The translations under genes and the position numbers were made by a program. Below the pieces are notes generated by a model. The model worked only from the letters and a program-made list of their open reading frames with translations. It was not told where the DNA came from and did no database searches. This document shows positions 26,520-38,998 of a DNA stretch of 64,000 nucleotides, in pieces. The DNA is taken from positions 153,636,001 through 153,700,000 of the forward strand of contig NC_042997.1 of NCBI RefSeq assembly GCF_006345805.1. Reading direction: 5' to 3'. Within the stretch, counting starts at the first letter, position 1, and every line of letters starts with the position of its first letter. Origin of the DNA: Octopus sinensis. Lineage: Eukaryota.

Positions 26520-27816
26520 TCATACAAAATCATGTATACACACATACATACGAATATATGTACATTTATGTATGGGTATCTGTGAATGAATTTATGTATG
26601 TAATATAATATATGTATATGTATGCATGTATGTATTCATAATTTGCTATGTGCTTGGAGACTTAAGAAACTTCCCACTTATTTCTTTCTATTGTGTTCGT
26701 TAGGAGCATATACAATAAAGCCTGAAAACTAAACAGCTGTATGCACGATCCAAGCTTTGAGAATCTATTATTATTCAACATATATGATCCAACCTCTCAA
26801 AACAATGTTGAAATTACATTTTAATCAGATTTATGATACGAAAAATTCAATATGTAACATCATGAACAGAAAATAATAATGGCTGAAATTAGAAAGCGTG
26901 TTCAGAGAATTTTACTGTACGTGACATTGCTGTTGTTTATTATTCTTTTAGAAATAAGATGCCATATACACAAATTTTAATTATGTTCGATATTTTATAC
27001 AAGAGATCCTTAGATCTTTCCTCCGTTTCTCGAAGTACCAGAGAAAATAATCGAAGCAGTTTTTTTTTATATTTAACTGTATATCTTATTGATATACCAC
27101 GACTTATGTTCATTCTTTTTCTCCAATTATTCATATCATTAAAAGGTCTAAAGAAGAGTATGAGTCAAAAAGATATTCCAATATTTTCAGCGTCTAAAAA
27201 TAATCTGAGGTTCATGACAATTTGCTGTTAGATTTTTTTTCCTTGGACATTTCTCGCTAACACTTCTCTAACACAGAGACCAATAAGGAAGAACAGATAT
27301 TTACAACAGATTTATTTCCAAGGAGATAATTTTCCATCGCAGCAGTAATTGATCTCTTGTGATGATGTTTTCCTCGAGAAATTATATTCTAACGTAAAAC
27401 CTATAACAAACAAGATCTAAACTCTAGAGGCATGGGATTCATTGGACCGAGACTATTATCTAATGTAATATTTTTCCTCAATACCTTTCGATCAAAATTC
27501 AAAGTAGAAAACAATCGAGAAACTAAAACAACCTAAAGCAAATATGTATAAAGACTAATGTTGGTTAAAGACCTAAATATTTATTTCTATAAAAGAATAT
27601 AGATTGATATTCGTGGTGTTTCTCCTTGCCATCTTAAGATGATTATTTTATATTCTTTAGTGTGGGTTTTTCGTTTGTTTTTTAGTAAAATGAAAATAGA
27701 ACCGGAGACCTGAAGAAAACCGGAATGCTAATCCATGGAAATATGCCATAGCTAAACTTAGCTAAACATTTTGTCAGGCATAAAATGAGAGATTATATAT
27801 ATATAAATACATATAT

Positions 27817-27882
<66 letters not shown>

Positions 27883-28068
27883 ACACACACACACATGTAT
27901 ATACATATATATATATATATATAATATATATATATATATATTCATATATATACACACACATACATATACATATATATATATATATATATACATATATACA
28001 TATATATATACACACACATACATCTACATATATATATATATATATATATTATACATATATATATATAC

Positions 28069-28101
<33 letters not shown>

Positions 28102-28199
28102 CACATATATACATATACATATATATATATACATATACATATACATATATATATAGACATATATATATACATATACATATATACACACATATATATACG

Positions 28200-28231
<32 letters not shown>

Positions 28232-28317
28232 CATATATATATACACACACACACACATATATATATATACATACATATATATATACATATCTATACATAT
28301 ATATATATATATACGAG

Positions 28318-28424
<107 letters not shown>

Positions 28425-28593
28425 ATATATATATATGTGTGTGTGTGTATACACACAGAAAGAGAGAGGGAAAATATTATTTTTCATTTTCTTCTTTTTT
28501 TAGCTGACAGAATCGTTAGAGCATGGGACAAAAATGCTCAGCGATATTTCTTTACGTTCTGAACTCAAATATCACCGGGTCAACTTTGTAAGT

Positions 28594-28790
28594 GGAGAGA
28601 TAGCAGAATCGTTAGTGCGCCGGATAGGGTGCTTGGTAGCCTTTCTTCCGAATCTTTATGCGCTGAGTTCAAGTTCCCCTGAAGTCGACTTTGTCATACA
28701 TCCTTTCGAAGTTAATAACTACTGGGGTCAATGTAATCGATTTACCCATCTTCTTCCAGAATTTCAGGCCTCGTGCCAAAATATGAAGCT
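28594..28790 (+). mobile_element. Diverged SINE family B
   Basis: GCAGAATCGTTAG, GAGTTCAAG and GGGGTCAATGTAATCGA motifs. Confidence 0.65.
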
Positions 28791-28929
28791 ATTAAGGCGG
28801 AGAGGAGACAAATTCGTTAGCACGTCGGACAAAATGCTTTATTGGCATTTCGGCTAATTACATTTCATTATGTATGTGTGTATGATATATACAAACGTGA
28901 CTATGTACATAAATTAAGTCCAGAGAACT

Positions 28930-31020
28930 CTAAGGGAGAATTCCTGGAATGTTTTTAAAATCTTCATTGTACCACTAATCGCTCAGTTTGTTTTGTTCCT
29001 TCTTGGAAACCCTCAGAGATTCTAGGCTTTTATAATAATATATTCTTACATAAACCAATGCAGCTATAATAACCGGTACAAATGACAAGCCCGGATTAAA
29101 GAGTTGTAAGTTCCTCATTAACTTGCCAATAATGTTCTTGTTCAACCATCTTACAAAACATTCTCATCCAATTAGTAACTAGCCGCTACAAGTCATAATT
29201 TTGCTTCCTGTTCTATAGAACAATATCAGGTCTGTTACGTTTGCATCTGACTCCGGTCTTTATTGAAATGTTCTGCCAGTGTTCTGTGTTTTTAAATGCG
29301 TGTTTACATTCTAGTTTTGCTATGTGTTTGGTATAACTATCAGGGCAATCCTTCCAGCGTATAGCATTGTAAAAGTTATTAGCAACGATGCCATATTTTA
29401 TTGGAAGGTAGTACATAGTGAGAGCTACTGATGGTGTAGGTTGTATCTTCTACTCTAAAATAACAAACATTTGCTATCATAACGTGAAGATTAAGGAACT
29501 TTATCTCTCTTATTGATCAGGTATTTAGTAGTTTTCTCCTATTCCTGAATAGTGAAGGCGTTTCATGTATTGAGAAGTAATGTATATACGAGGGGCTTTC
29601 AATAAGTAATGCCCCTGACCCACTTCTCATAGCTGTAGAGCAACGAAACTTGGCACAGTTATTAGTCTTTTTCTACATAGGAACCACCCAGAGTTACGCA
29701 TTTCTCCCATCGTTTGATGCGGCTCTGGAGACCGTTTTTGTAGAAGAACCCAGCTTGGTCCTCCAACCTCAACGTGACTTCAGAAATCAAGGCTGCATCA
29801 TCTGGGAAACGCTTTCCTTTCAAAAACAACTTCATGATTGGGAAGAGGTGAAAATCAGAGGGTGCAAGGTCAGGAAAGTAGGGGGGATGGGGAGGAGTTC
29901 ATAGGCATACGCCTGTGCTTCTGATCTGGCGACAAGCGAGTTGTGGACAGGAGCGTTGTCCTGCAGGAGGAGGATGCCTTTGCTGATCTTGCCCCGCTTC
30001 TTGATTTTGATAACTTCTCTTAATTTCCTCAAAAGTGAAGCATAATAGGCTCCTGCAATTGTGGTACCCTTTGCCAGGAAATCTGTCATCACTACTCCGT
30101 CCTGGTCCCAGAAGACTGTGAGCATGACCTTGCCAGCGGAGGGCTGCACCCTTGCCTTCTTTGGAGGGGGTGAGTCACGGTGCTTCCACTGCATTGACTG
30201 GGCTTTGGTCTCTTGATCATTGTGATGGACCCAGGTTTCATCCTGTGTAATCAGTCTTTTGAAAAAGTTTGACTCATCTTCTTGGCACATCTCCAAATTC
30301 ACCCTCGAGCACTCGACGCGTTCTTGCTTCTGGAAAGGCGTGAGCTACCTGGGAATCCATCTGGCAGACACCTTTTGCATATGCAAATGGTCATGAATGA
30401 TAGTTTCCACAGACCCGGTACTAATCTTGACCTCATGGGCTATTTGGCGAATAATTATGCGTCGATCTTCTAAAATGGCAGCCTCAACTTGACGGACAGA
30501 TACCTCATCAATGGCAGAAGGGGGCGACCAGATCTGGGAGCTGTTTCCACAGAGTTCCGACCATGTTTGAATTCACGATACCAGCGTTTTACAAGGTCAT
30601 ATGATGGGGCATCATCACCATAAGTTACTTTCATTTCATCAAAAGTCTCCCGTGGTGTGCGTCCTTTCAAATACAAAAACCGGATCACTGCTCGACATTC
30701 AAAAGGCTCCATTTCACACTTAACTCGGTTCAAACACCTGTAAATCAGAAACCACAATTAATTCAGAGCTGTAATTTGCCACTTACTCTATAGAGATATA
30801 AATAATTTCACATGCAAAATTTCAGCTAGATCAAACAACTGCAAGTGGGTCAGAGGCATTACTTATTGAACGTCCCTCGTATCAGAGGTTGAAGACAGAG
30901 AGTGACTACTTTCCTATCAGTGTAGTTGGTATTCTGTTGCTTGTGAGATGCGTAGTCATACATAAATTTTGGTGTAGTCATGCATAATTTGGTATGATGG
31001 GTGTTCTCCAAGTTTCACTT
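28930..31020 (-). mobile_element. R4/Dong-like (RLE-type) LINE 3' remnant, interrupted by a mariner
   Basis: FTIQE.EKTTKYLINKRD, degenerate DSKC..VED zinc knuckle, YYLPIKYGIVA, NRPDIVL endonuclease motif, LMRNLQLFNP..FVPVIIAAL. Confidence 0.7.
29589..30879 (-). mobile_element. Full-length mariner (irritans/Hsmar2-like), frameshifted transposase
   Basis: ~38-bp TIRs (CGAGGGGCTTTCAATAAGTAATGCCCCTGACCCACTT), TA on both sides, 1291 bp. Motifs ECRAVIRFL, RSGRP, ITQDETWVHH, VMLTVFWD, LLQDNAPVH. Confidence 0.95.
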
Positions 31021-31119
31021 TAAGTAAGTTTTTATACCCACGTTACGTACAGCTAACATAGGCTCTTAGTAACTCCTTTTAAAAATCACAAAGCTCACGT
31101 ATTTAAGCATTGTTTTATG

Positions 31120-32041
31120 TATGGGATGGTATAAAAAATTTCCCGGACTAGTTCTGTAGCGAGCCAACAGATGGCAGCACACGGTTGCGTACGCAGAGAG
31201 AGCTAGCAGTGACCTTCATGAGGCAGCGTGCCGAGCGACTCGCTGTGTTTACTTTGCAAATTGTGAAATTTGTGTTTTTGTGTTCACGTGTATGCTGTAG
31301 TCTGTGTGATTTTGTCCTGGACCGGAGCCGGAACAACGAGCTAACGGGAAACTTTGCGTTAAACTTGAGAAGTCCGCTACAGAGAAATTGAGCATACTTC
31401 GGCAACCTTTCGGTGACGAGGCAATGGGCCGTACGCAATGTTTTCAGTGGCGCAGGCGCTTCAAAAGCGGAAGAACGTCCCTGGGAGACGACGAGCGATC
31501 TGAAAGACCTCCCACGAGCGTCACCCCCAGAAATGTAGTATTGTGCATCAGGAATTTGTCTCCCAGGGTTAGACTGTCATTTTGAGAGTTCTGTTGTGAC
31601 ATTTGGAAGCGTGTGGGGTAGAACATTCAGCGAAAGCGACCGGATCTGTGAAGCACAAAGAATTGGATTCTTCACGACGACAGTGTACCCTGTCACCAAG
31701 TTCTCCTCCCTCGTGAGTTTCTCACCAAAAGCAACATGATATCACTTCTGTATCCGCCAGATTTAGCTCCTACGAACTTCAATCTCTTCTCCAAGATGAA
31801 AATGCAGCTCAAAGGTCGCTGTTTTAACACCGTTCTCGAGATCCAGAACGAATCGCAGAAGGTCCTCGACGAACTTACGGAAAACGAATTCCAGGCCGGA
31901 TTCCAAAAGTGGAAGGAATGCTGGAACCGGTGAATTGCTGCGGAACGTGACTATTTCGAATGAGATGTCAAAACTTAGATAAATGTTTTTATTTTTTTAT
32001 CATTAAACATAACTAGTTGAAACTTTTTATACCACTTCGTA
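31120..32041 (+). mobile_element. mariner internal-deletion derivative (same family as 7718-8782)
   Basis: Both TIRs recognisable; GRTQCFQW..FKSGRTSLGDDERS and YPPDLAPTNFNLF motifs. Confidence 0.85.
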
Positions 32042-33180
32042 CATGAATATAGTACGTAAATATACTAAGTATATGCTCATTGTACGTACGTAAATAGGTA
32101 CGTTGGTATGTGTTTGTTTATTTGTCTGTAGTTACATCACCTGTTACATTTATGCATATATGTTGTATGTACACACGAACGTATAGCTATTAGTATGTGT
32201 GCGTGCATTTATTCTATTCGTTGATATAGGGAAGTTTATCTAAAATTGTTTTGATAGGCAACTGAACTGTATATAAGTGTTTCTACTGTGCTTTCTGACA
32301 CAGGTAGGAACTAATAATTCAAGATAATGGAAAATTGTATTGATGAATCAGCCTTCTCACTAGATACACGGTAATTGTGCTTCTGTAACGCACCTACTTC
32401 AGCAAGATATACAAAGCTAATTAGTTTCAGTAATCTATGCATACATACTTAGATGTGTGTGTGTGTGTGCGTGTGCGTGTGTCTGTGTGCGTGCGTGTTT
32501 GTGTTTTAAATGTTCACGCCTGCACCTATACAAACAATTTGTACTTTTAAATAGTGATTCTCTCATCGTCAACTCAGCAATTATAAAGAAATCTATGATA
32601 TATTGGGTATTAATATTACCAAAATAAGTTCTCAGTTGTCTTCTGTATTTTCTAGATTAAAATATTGTCAGTCATTTAGCTACCGTTCTCTTTTTCTTTT
32701 CCACTGCTTAAATATTTCCAGTTCAATTCTGACTTTGACTACACTAAATATGTTTGCACTACTTAACTATTACTTTCCGTGCTGGAGTTGCCTCTGAGTA
32801 CTTTTTTTATGAACAATTGGAAATTGAGTTAGTCGCACCAGAGACTCCACAAAATACAATTGCGTGGATGCCTCTCTCAAACATCTGCTCGAAACCTTAT
32901 CGAATCCGCCATCTAGGTCTTCGCGATAATTAGCGAGGAAGCATCTACCAGGTCATTTAACTTCTGAAAAATATCAGCAAAATCTCGCCGCCAAAATCAG
33001 GTATATACTAGCCAAGGTAGTCTCCAATGAAAACAAACGGGATTGTCACAGATAGAACGTCTTTAGCTATAGTTCTCAATTGAGACAAACCAGTGACTCA
33101 ACAACAGCAACATGATATGTCTGAAAATCGAGTTGGAGATTCAGTTTCATTTAATTTGATATTGCTAATGCCCATAAAAG

Positions 33181-33475
33181 TGGTGGCACATGGCCTAGTG
33201 GTTAGAGCAGCGGACGCGCGGTCGAGGAATCTTGGACTGGACGATGTGTGTGTTTATGAGCGAAACACCTGAAACCTCCACGCGACTCCGGTAGAAGGTA
33301 ATGGCGAACTTCTGCTGACTTTTTCGCCACAACTTTCTCTCACTATTTCCTCCTGCATCTAGCAGCTTACCTGCGACGGACCGGCGTCCTCTCCATGTGA
33401 GGAACCTATACGCCAATGGAACCGGTAAACCACCAGCCCTTGTGAGTCAGGCATGGCTCGAGAAGGAACTAACAA
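33181..33475 (+). mobile_element. tRNA-derived SINE, family D
   Basis: Homologous to 50077-50352 and 54924-55224. Confidence 0.8.
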
Positions 33476-33721
33476 CAATGCCCATAAAAAAGAAACTAGC
33501 GACCTCACATTATTTTCACTCTCGAGAGAGAGTATAACAGAACAAGGTTTCAATCCCTGAGTGAATTCAGTCCATTTCACTTATGCCTTCATTTAATTCC
33601 TTTGAAAAGAAGAGCATGATCGACTTAATTTACCTTATCTTAATCTATGTAGTAACTAGCAAATGAGTTAATCAGTATTTCCTCTTAGTTGGTAAATCTG
33701 AGCGTATGCCTGAATGTGTAG

Positions 33722-34062
33722 GAGGTGAAGGTTCATGGCTCAGTGGTTAGAGTGTCGAGCTCACAATCGTGAGGTAATGAGTTCGATTCCTGGACCAGGC
33801 TGTGTGCTATGTTCTTGAGCAAGACACTTTTACGTTGCTCCAGTTCACTCAGCTGAAGAAACGAGTTGTAATATCACTAGTGCCAAGCTGTATCGGCCTT
33901 TGCCTTTCCTTTGGACAACATCGGTAGCGTGGAGAGGGGAGTCTGGTCTGCATGGACAACTGCTGGTCTTCCATAAACAACCTTGCCCGGTCTTGTGCCT
34001 CGGAGAGTAACTTTCTAGGTGCGATCCATGGTCATTCATGACCTAAGGGGGTCTTTACCCTT
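33722..34062 (+). mobile_element. SINE family C
   Basis: Homologous to 3503-3840. Confidence 0.82.
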
Positions 34063-34073
34063 TACCTTTTACC

Positions 34074-34105
<32 letters not shown>

Positions 34106-34142
34106 ATACACGCACACATACTCACGTGTGTGAGTGTGTGTG

Positions 34143-34930
34143 TATTGGGTTGTCAAAAAAGTTCGTTCGATTTTTTCATTGAAAATAAGACACATGTTTT
34201 GAACACAATGCGATTTATTCAATCAATGATATAATTACCGTTTCGTTCCAGTACCTTGTCTTCTAGACAGACAGATTCATTATTCCCTGCTCAAAAAATG
34301 TCCTGTTTGTACTAGTTAAAGACTCTTCGAGGTGAATATTTTACATCCTCTTCAGAATTGAGGGTCTGTCATCCAATAAATTTTGAAGAGTCCGAAACAG
34401 GTGGAAAGCTGAAGGTGCAAAGTTTGGTGAATATGGAGGGTGCGGCCAAATTCCCCAACGAAACCCTAGTAAGTTCTACCGTGTCTACAAAGAAGCGTAC
34501 GTTCTGGCATTGTCGTGATGAAAGGCAATTCTCTTACGATTAGCAAGTGCCGGATGCTTCTGGCGAGTCGCTGCGTTTAATTTATTCAGTTAGTCACAGT
34601 GCACATCTGAATTTTTGGTGCTGTCCGTGGGAAGAAGCTCGTAAAAGATAACACCCTTCCAATCCCACCAAATTGAAAGCATAACCTTCGAGTGAAATCT
34701 GACTTTGGAGGTTTGGTTTCGGCGGTTTGCCGCGTTCCTCCAATGATTACGTTTCACAATGATTACGCTTCACATTTATGTTTCACATTGTTATAGACGA
34801 TTTTTCGTCCCCTGTCACCATTCTCTTAAGAAAAAAATCGTTTCTTGCATGTTTCTGAAATGAATTCAACATGGTTAGCCACATTCAAGTGATGTGTGAC
34901 CCAAATATCGGGCCTACTGACGTAATCAAG
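34143..34930 (-). mobile_element. mariner 3' half (Hsmar1/mellifera-like), degenerate
   Basis: TATTGGGTTGTCAAAAAAGTTC TIR; TGDEK, VMLSIWWDWKGVIFYELLP, HDNAR and HPPYSPNFAPSAFHLF motifs. Confidence 0.82.
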
Positions 34931-34941
34931 TCGATGTAGAT

Positions 34942-35872
34942 GCATAAATAATTCAATGCAGTAGTTAACGCCGGTTTGAGAACATATTAATTTAGAATTA
35001 AAATCAAAAGGAGGGTGAAAAAATTGGATATTAATTAATAACCAGTGAGATTCGTCATAAAATATAATTTGTCGAACTGCACGCCAGATATTAACACGAG
35101 GTCAAAAATACGAGGAGATGATCTGTAGATTAATTGTGTAAGTAAAATTGCATAATTTATTAACAGTGAAACAATTGTATGGGGTTCATCTATATTTTTG
35201 TTATTTTTCATTTGTCCTGCTCGCTTACGTTCATAGTGTGCTAAATTTTTCTTGAGAACAATTCTTAGTGGTTGAGTCCCTTTGCGGATCTATATCTAGC
35301 GTAAGAGCGTCCACATAGTGGATTCTCTCTCATATTTGTGTATTAATAATATTTACTGAATCTCAGTTTTTTATGCGCTAAACCACTGGTGTTAAATTGA
35401 TGTTATTAAATTAATATCCAATTTTTTCACCCTCATTTTGATTTTAATTCTTAATTAATATGTTCTCAAACCGGCGTTAACTACTGCAGTGAATTATTTA
35501 TGCAGTATTTATTTCCGGGAATTTGGCACGCTAGAACGAGGGCATTTGAATATAACTGCGAATATAATAGGCCGAACTACTCGTATTTTTGACCTCGTGT
35601 TAATATCTGGCGTGCAGTTCGACAGATTATATTTTATGACAAATCTCACTGATGATCTGTAGATTAATTGTGTAAGTAAAATTGCATAATTTATTAACAG
35701 TGAAACAACTGTATGGGGTTAATCTATATTTTTGTTTTTTTCATTTGTCCTGCTCGCTTACGTTCATAGTGTGCTAAATTTTACTTGAGAACAATTCTTA
35801 GTGGTTGAGACCCTTGCGGACCTATCTTTAGCGTAAGAGCGTCCACATAATGGATTCTCTCTCATATTTATG
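34942..35872 (+). mobile_element. HHR-bearing non-coding element: 534-nt monomer with ~225-nt terminal redundancy and inverted 5' patches
   Basis: 35117-35340 directly repeats 35651-35872; 34942-35040 is the reverse complement of 35403-35504; 35042-35114 is the reverse complement of 35580-35651. Confidence 0.85.
35642..35720 (+). ncRNA. Type I hammerhead ribozyme motif
   Basis: AAUCUCA-CUGAUGA-[long helix II with a U-U mismatch at its base]-GAAAC-AACU-GUA-UGGGGUU. Helix I is 7 bp with G-U pairs; the 35117 copy has the perfect palindrome ACAAUUGU. Confidence 0.7.
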
Positions 35873-36815
35873 TATATATACATATATATGTGTATGTGTG
35901 CATGTATATAGACATACGTATGTGCAGGTATATGCATGTTTGCATGTCTATGCATGTTTGCATGTATAGGCATTATTCAGTTATTATTTGAAGATTCTTT
36001 GCAAATAGAGAAAGAGCCAGTTTCTAACCTAAATCCAAGGTTCCTTCATTGGAATTTCAATAACATCAACAGGTTATTTTGGCATGTATGTATATGTGCA
36101 GTATTTGAAGTCAATGCATGTTCATATTTGTATTTTTTGTTTTATGCATGCATTCTCATGCATATAGTTGCATGTCTAGACATGTACATATAAACTTCTG
36201 GAACATTTTCCAGATTTTTACAGTCCCAGAAGCCTGTTGTCTTCGAATCAGTTTTCTCCTTTCTGATTTTGAGTAGCCTAATTTCTCAAGATTGGCACGT
36301 AGTTACGGTACTACAGCTAGAAAGAATGTTTACCTGTTGAGCTGCTGTTTTCGTTCTATTCCTAGGTTGTGTTGTTGTTGATGTTGTTTCCAGCTATGTT
36401 GCTTGTAGTAATTCTCTGCATGTTAAATTCAAGCTTCAGTCGAAAATCTCTACGATCTTGAATAAAAGGCTCCCTCAGTTAATTTATCTGAAGATTAACC
36501 AATTATTTTACAGGTCTGATAGACTGGCATTAAAGCTGGAGATAGTATTCATCGTATTTTCAATACATAGTCGCCCACGCCAAATACGCGACTTGTCCCT
36601 TCGAGTGTGGTATGTATGTTGGAGTGTATGTGTGTGTTCATATCTGTGAGCATCGCTTAGAATATTTTTGCATACAGTTTAGCTTCACTGCCTTGTTTAA
36701 CTCCTTGTTGCAGTTGGTTACTGCTTATTTCTTTTATCTTAGCTGTTTGCTTATTAAACAGTACAAAAATCTTATAAATGGTTGAGTCCATAAGTGATTT
36801 TATTCTACTTGACAG

Positions 36816-36899
36816 GTGCAACAGGAAATATACCAAGGTTGGCAGCGTTATCAATTGTGGTATGGGGCGAGCAACCACGACATAAACGCGTTCACGTAG
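36816..36899 (+). CDS. Terminal exon A of a probable class B1 GPCR (helix 8 plus short tail), VQQEIYQGWQRYQLWYGASNHDINAFT*
   Basis: Acceptor TTTTATTCTACTTGACAG, phase-0 start VQ, VQxEIxxxWxR motif, clear paralogy to 44635. Confidence 0.6.
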   Translation: MQQEIYQGWQRYQLWYGASNHDINAFT

Positions 36900-36984
36900 A
36901 ACAAAAATATCGACAGAGCTTGTACGTTGAACTTTGATCGTTCAGTGTCACATTAATGATAAAACAAAAAATATCCATGAAAAT

Positions 36985-37023
36985 GATCATCATCGTCATC
37001 ATCATCATCATCATCATCATCAT
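36985..37023 (+). repeat. (CAT)n trinucleotide repeat
   Basis: Visible array. Confidence 0.9.
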
Positions 37024-38925
37024 TTTGAAATAACGAAGTTTGTCCCCTGTAATCGAAACATCTGTAGTGTTCGTTTTTGCTTTCTCTGGGACAGTAATAG
37101 AACTTAGATTTAACGCTGTGAACGAATGAATTGCTCGTTAATTGAACTCTCTTCCTGACGCTTAGAAAGAGATAAGGGTGAACTGTATGTCGTGTTTATT
37201 TCACTGCCGCCTCGTTTGTCTGTGACCAAAAGAGAGTGATTGCGCTCTTGGTGCGTTGTTGTTGCTGCTATTGTTCTTGTTCTTGCTTGGCTCCCTGATG
37301 TAGCAGTGCAATGATCAAAGGCCTTCATTATCGGGAATTCTTTTTTCACGAATTGTGTACTCTTGATTATATTATCCACACACATTGGAGGATGTAATCT
37401 GGAGTACTTTTATTCATTTATTTTTTGTAGATTTTTATTTCTTCATAAATCTTTTGTTTATTACTATAGATCATACGGCGTAATTATCAGGTTTAAGTAA
37501 ACCATTAGACGAGTCGTTACAGCATCCGATAAATTGTCTTATGGAAACCAATCTGGATCTCTCCACTCAAAGTTCTAATCTCACCGGCTTCAACTTTGCC
37601 TTTCATTCGGGATCGATAAGTAAAGTACCAGTCTTGTATTTAGGTCGATTCTTCTCCTCCTCTCACTATTTCTGTCATTGCTTCAGTTTTTCTCTTTCCA
37701 GAAGATATCGATTGTGATCAGAATTGTGGAGGGATGGGCACCACCAGGTCTAAAAATAAGGAAGACATACCATATGTCATGACTTCGCCCCTATGACTCC
37801 ATCAAGGGGGGGAAGTTCTAAAGCAAAACAATACAAAGATTTGGTTGCCATTTCTAGAAGGCCTAGAGACCACGTGAAGGCACTGTTTCGCTGGCTCGGC
37901 CCTTAGTATGTATATGAAGTGGGAATCAAGTGTTCTACACAATAGAAAATGTATTTACAACTCAGTAGACTTAGCCCATAAATGGTTAAATTTATCGAAA
38001 ATTAGTAACAAATTGATTATTTGGTTCATGACCCCTTTACTGGTAAGGCTAACTGCAACCGTATGTCAATAGTAATTTTCAAGTTCGCTATGCTTTTGTG
38101 TATGTGTGTATGTGTATATATGTATGTATATGAGTCACAGATATAATAGGAGAAAATGTGAACTTTTGTAGGTGGCGGAGTGCAATTGTGTGGATATGTA
38201 TGTGTGCAAAGTACGTGTGAGTGTGAAATCTAGATAGGAGAAAATATCTGTTCATCATTAGCGCTATTATGTTTATAACTGTGTGCACATGTCTGTATGT
38301 ATACGTGTAAAAACTTAAACACCAAAAGGCTAGCGGGCTTACACTATTTTGCTTAATCCGTCTAAATTCTAAATACAAATCCCTTTGTAGTCGATACCCT
38401 TTTTCTTCACACAACCCGAAATTGATAAAAACAGTTTAAAAATAAAGAGTTACGGTCAAAGTGTCAATGGCATGAATTTGCATAATTAAGTTAAAGGGTA
38501 GTGTACCGATTGCCATACGTAAACAGTTCTTAATTGAAATTTATTTTTAGTTGGAGAAAGTGTCAAAAGCTCAGTGATAAATGTTAACGGACTCTCGAAG
38601 AAAGGGAAAATAATTTCAATAAAGTATTGTAAAAGTGTTTCAACCTATAATTCCGGTTTGCTGATACGCGGATAGGAAAGCCTTCTTTTTTCTGTCGAGT
38701 GCTTATATGCTCCTTTATGAGATTATTTTCCTTAGTCATTGCACGGTCATCGACATAAGCTTTAAGCATATATAAAAACACCATTATTATTATTTGCAGA
38801 ATTGTAAATCACGGTGCCGTATAAGAAAAAAGCCATTCGCACCGAAAGCATATACGAAGTTTGTTTACATAAAAACAAATACGAACTAATATATAGTTCT
38901 TAAATTTGAAAGAAAAGGCGAGGCT

Positions 38926-38998
38926 GATTCGCTGGTGTAAAGGTAATACACTTAGTCGCGTTAACAAAGGGATGTGGGTTCGCCTCCCACGCAGATAG
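38926..38998 (+). pseudogene. tRNA-like sequence (SINE head or tRNA pseudogene)
   Basis: D-stem GTGT/ACAC with GG loop; T-stem GTGGG/CCCAC with TTCGCCT loop; anticodon and acceptor stems poorly paired. Confidence 0.5.

Noticed and set aside
36514-36609. Candidate exon SDRLALKLEIVF just upstream of exon A
   Set aside because: Does not match the expected 42-nt TM7 exon (GFxVAxxYCFxNxE) in phase or sequence.
38584-38784. ORF containing YVDD
   Set aside because: No other RT motifs, and the motif is not kept in the duplicate copy.
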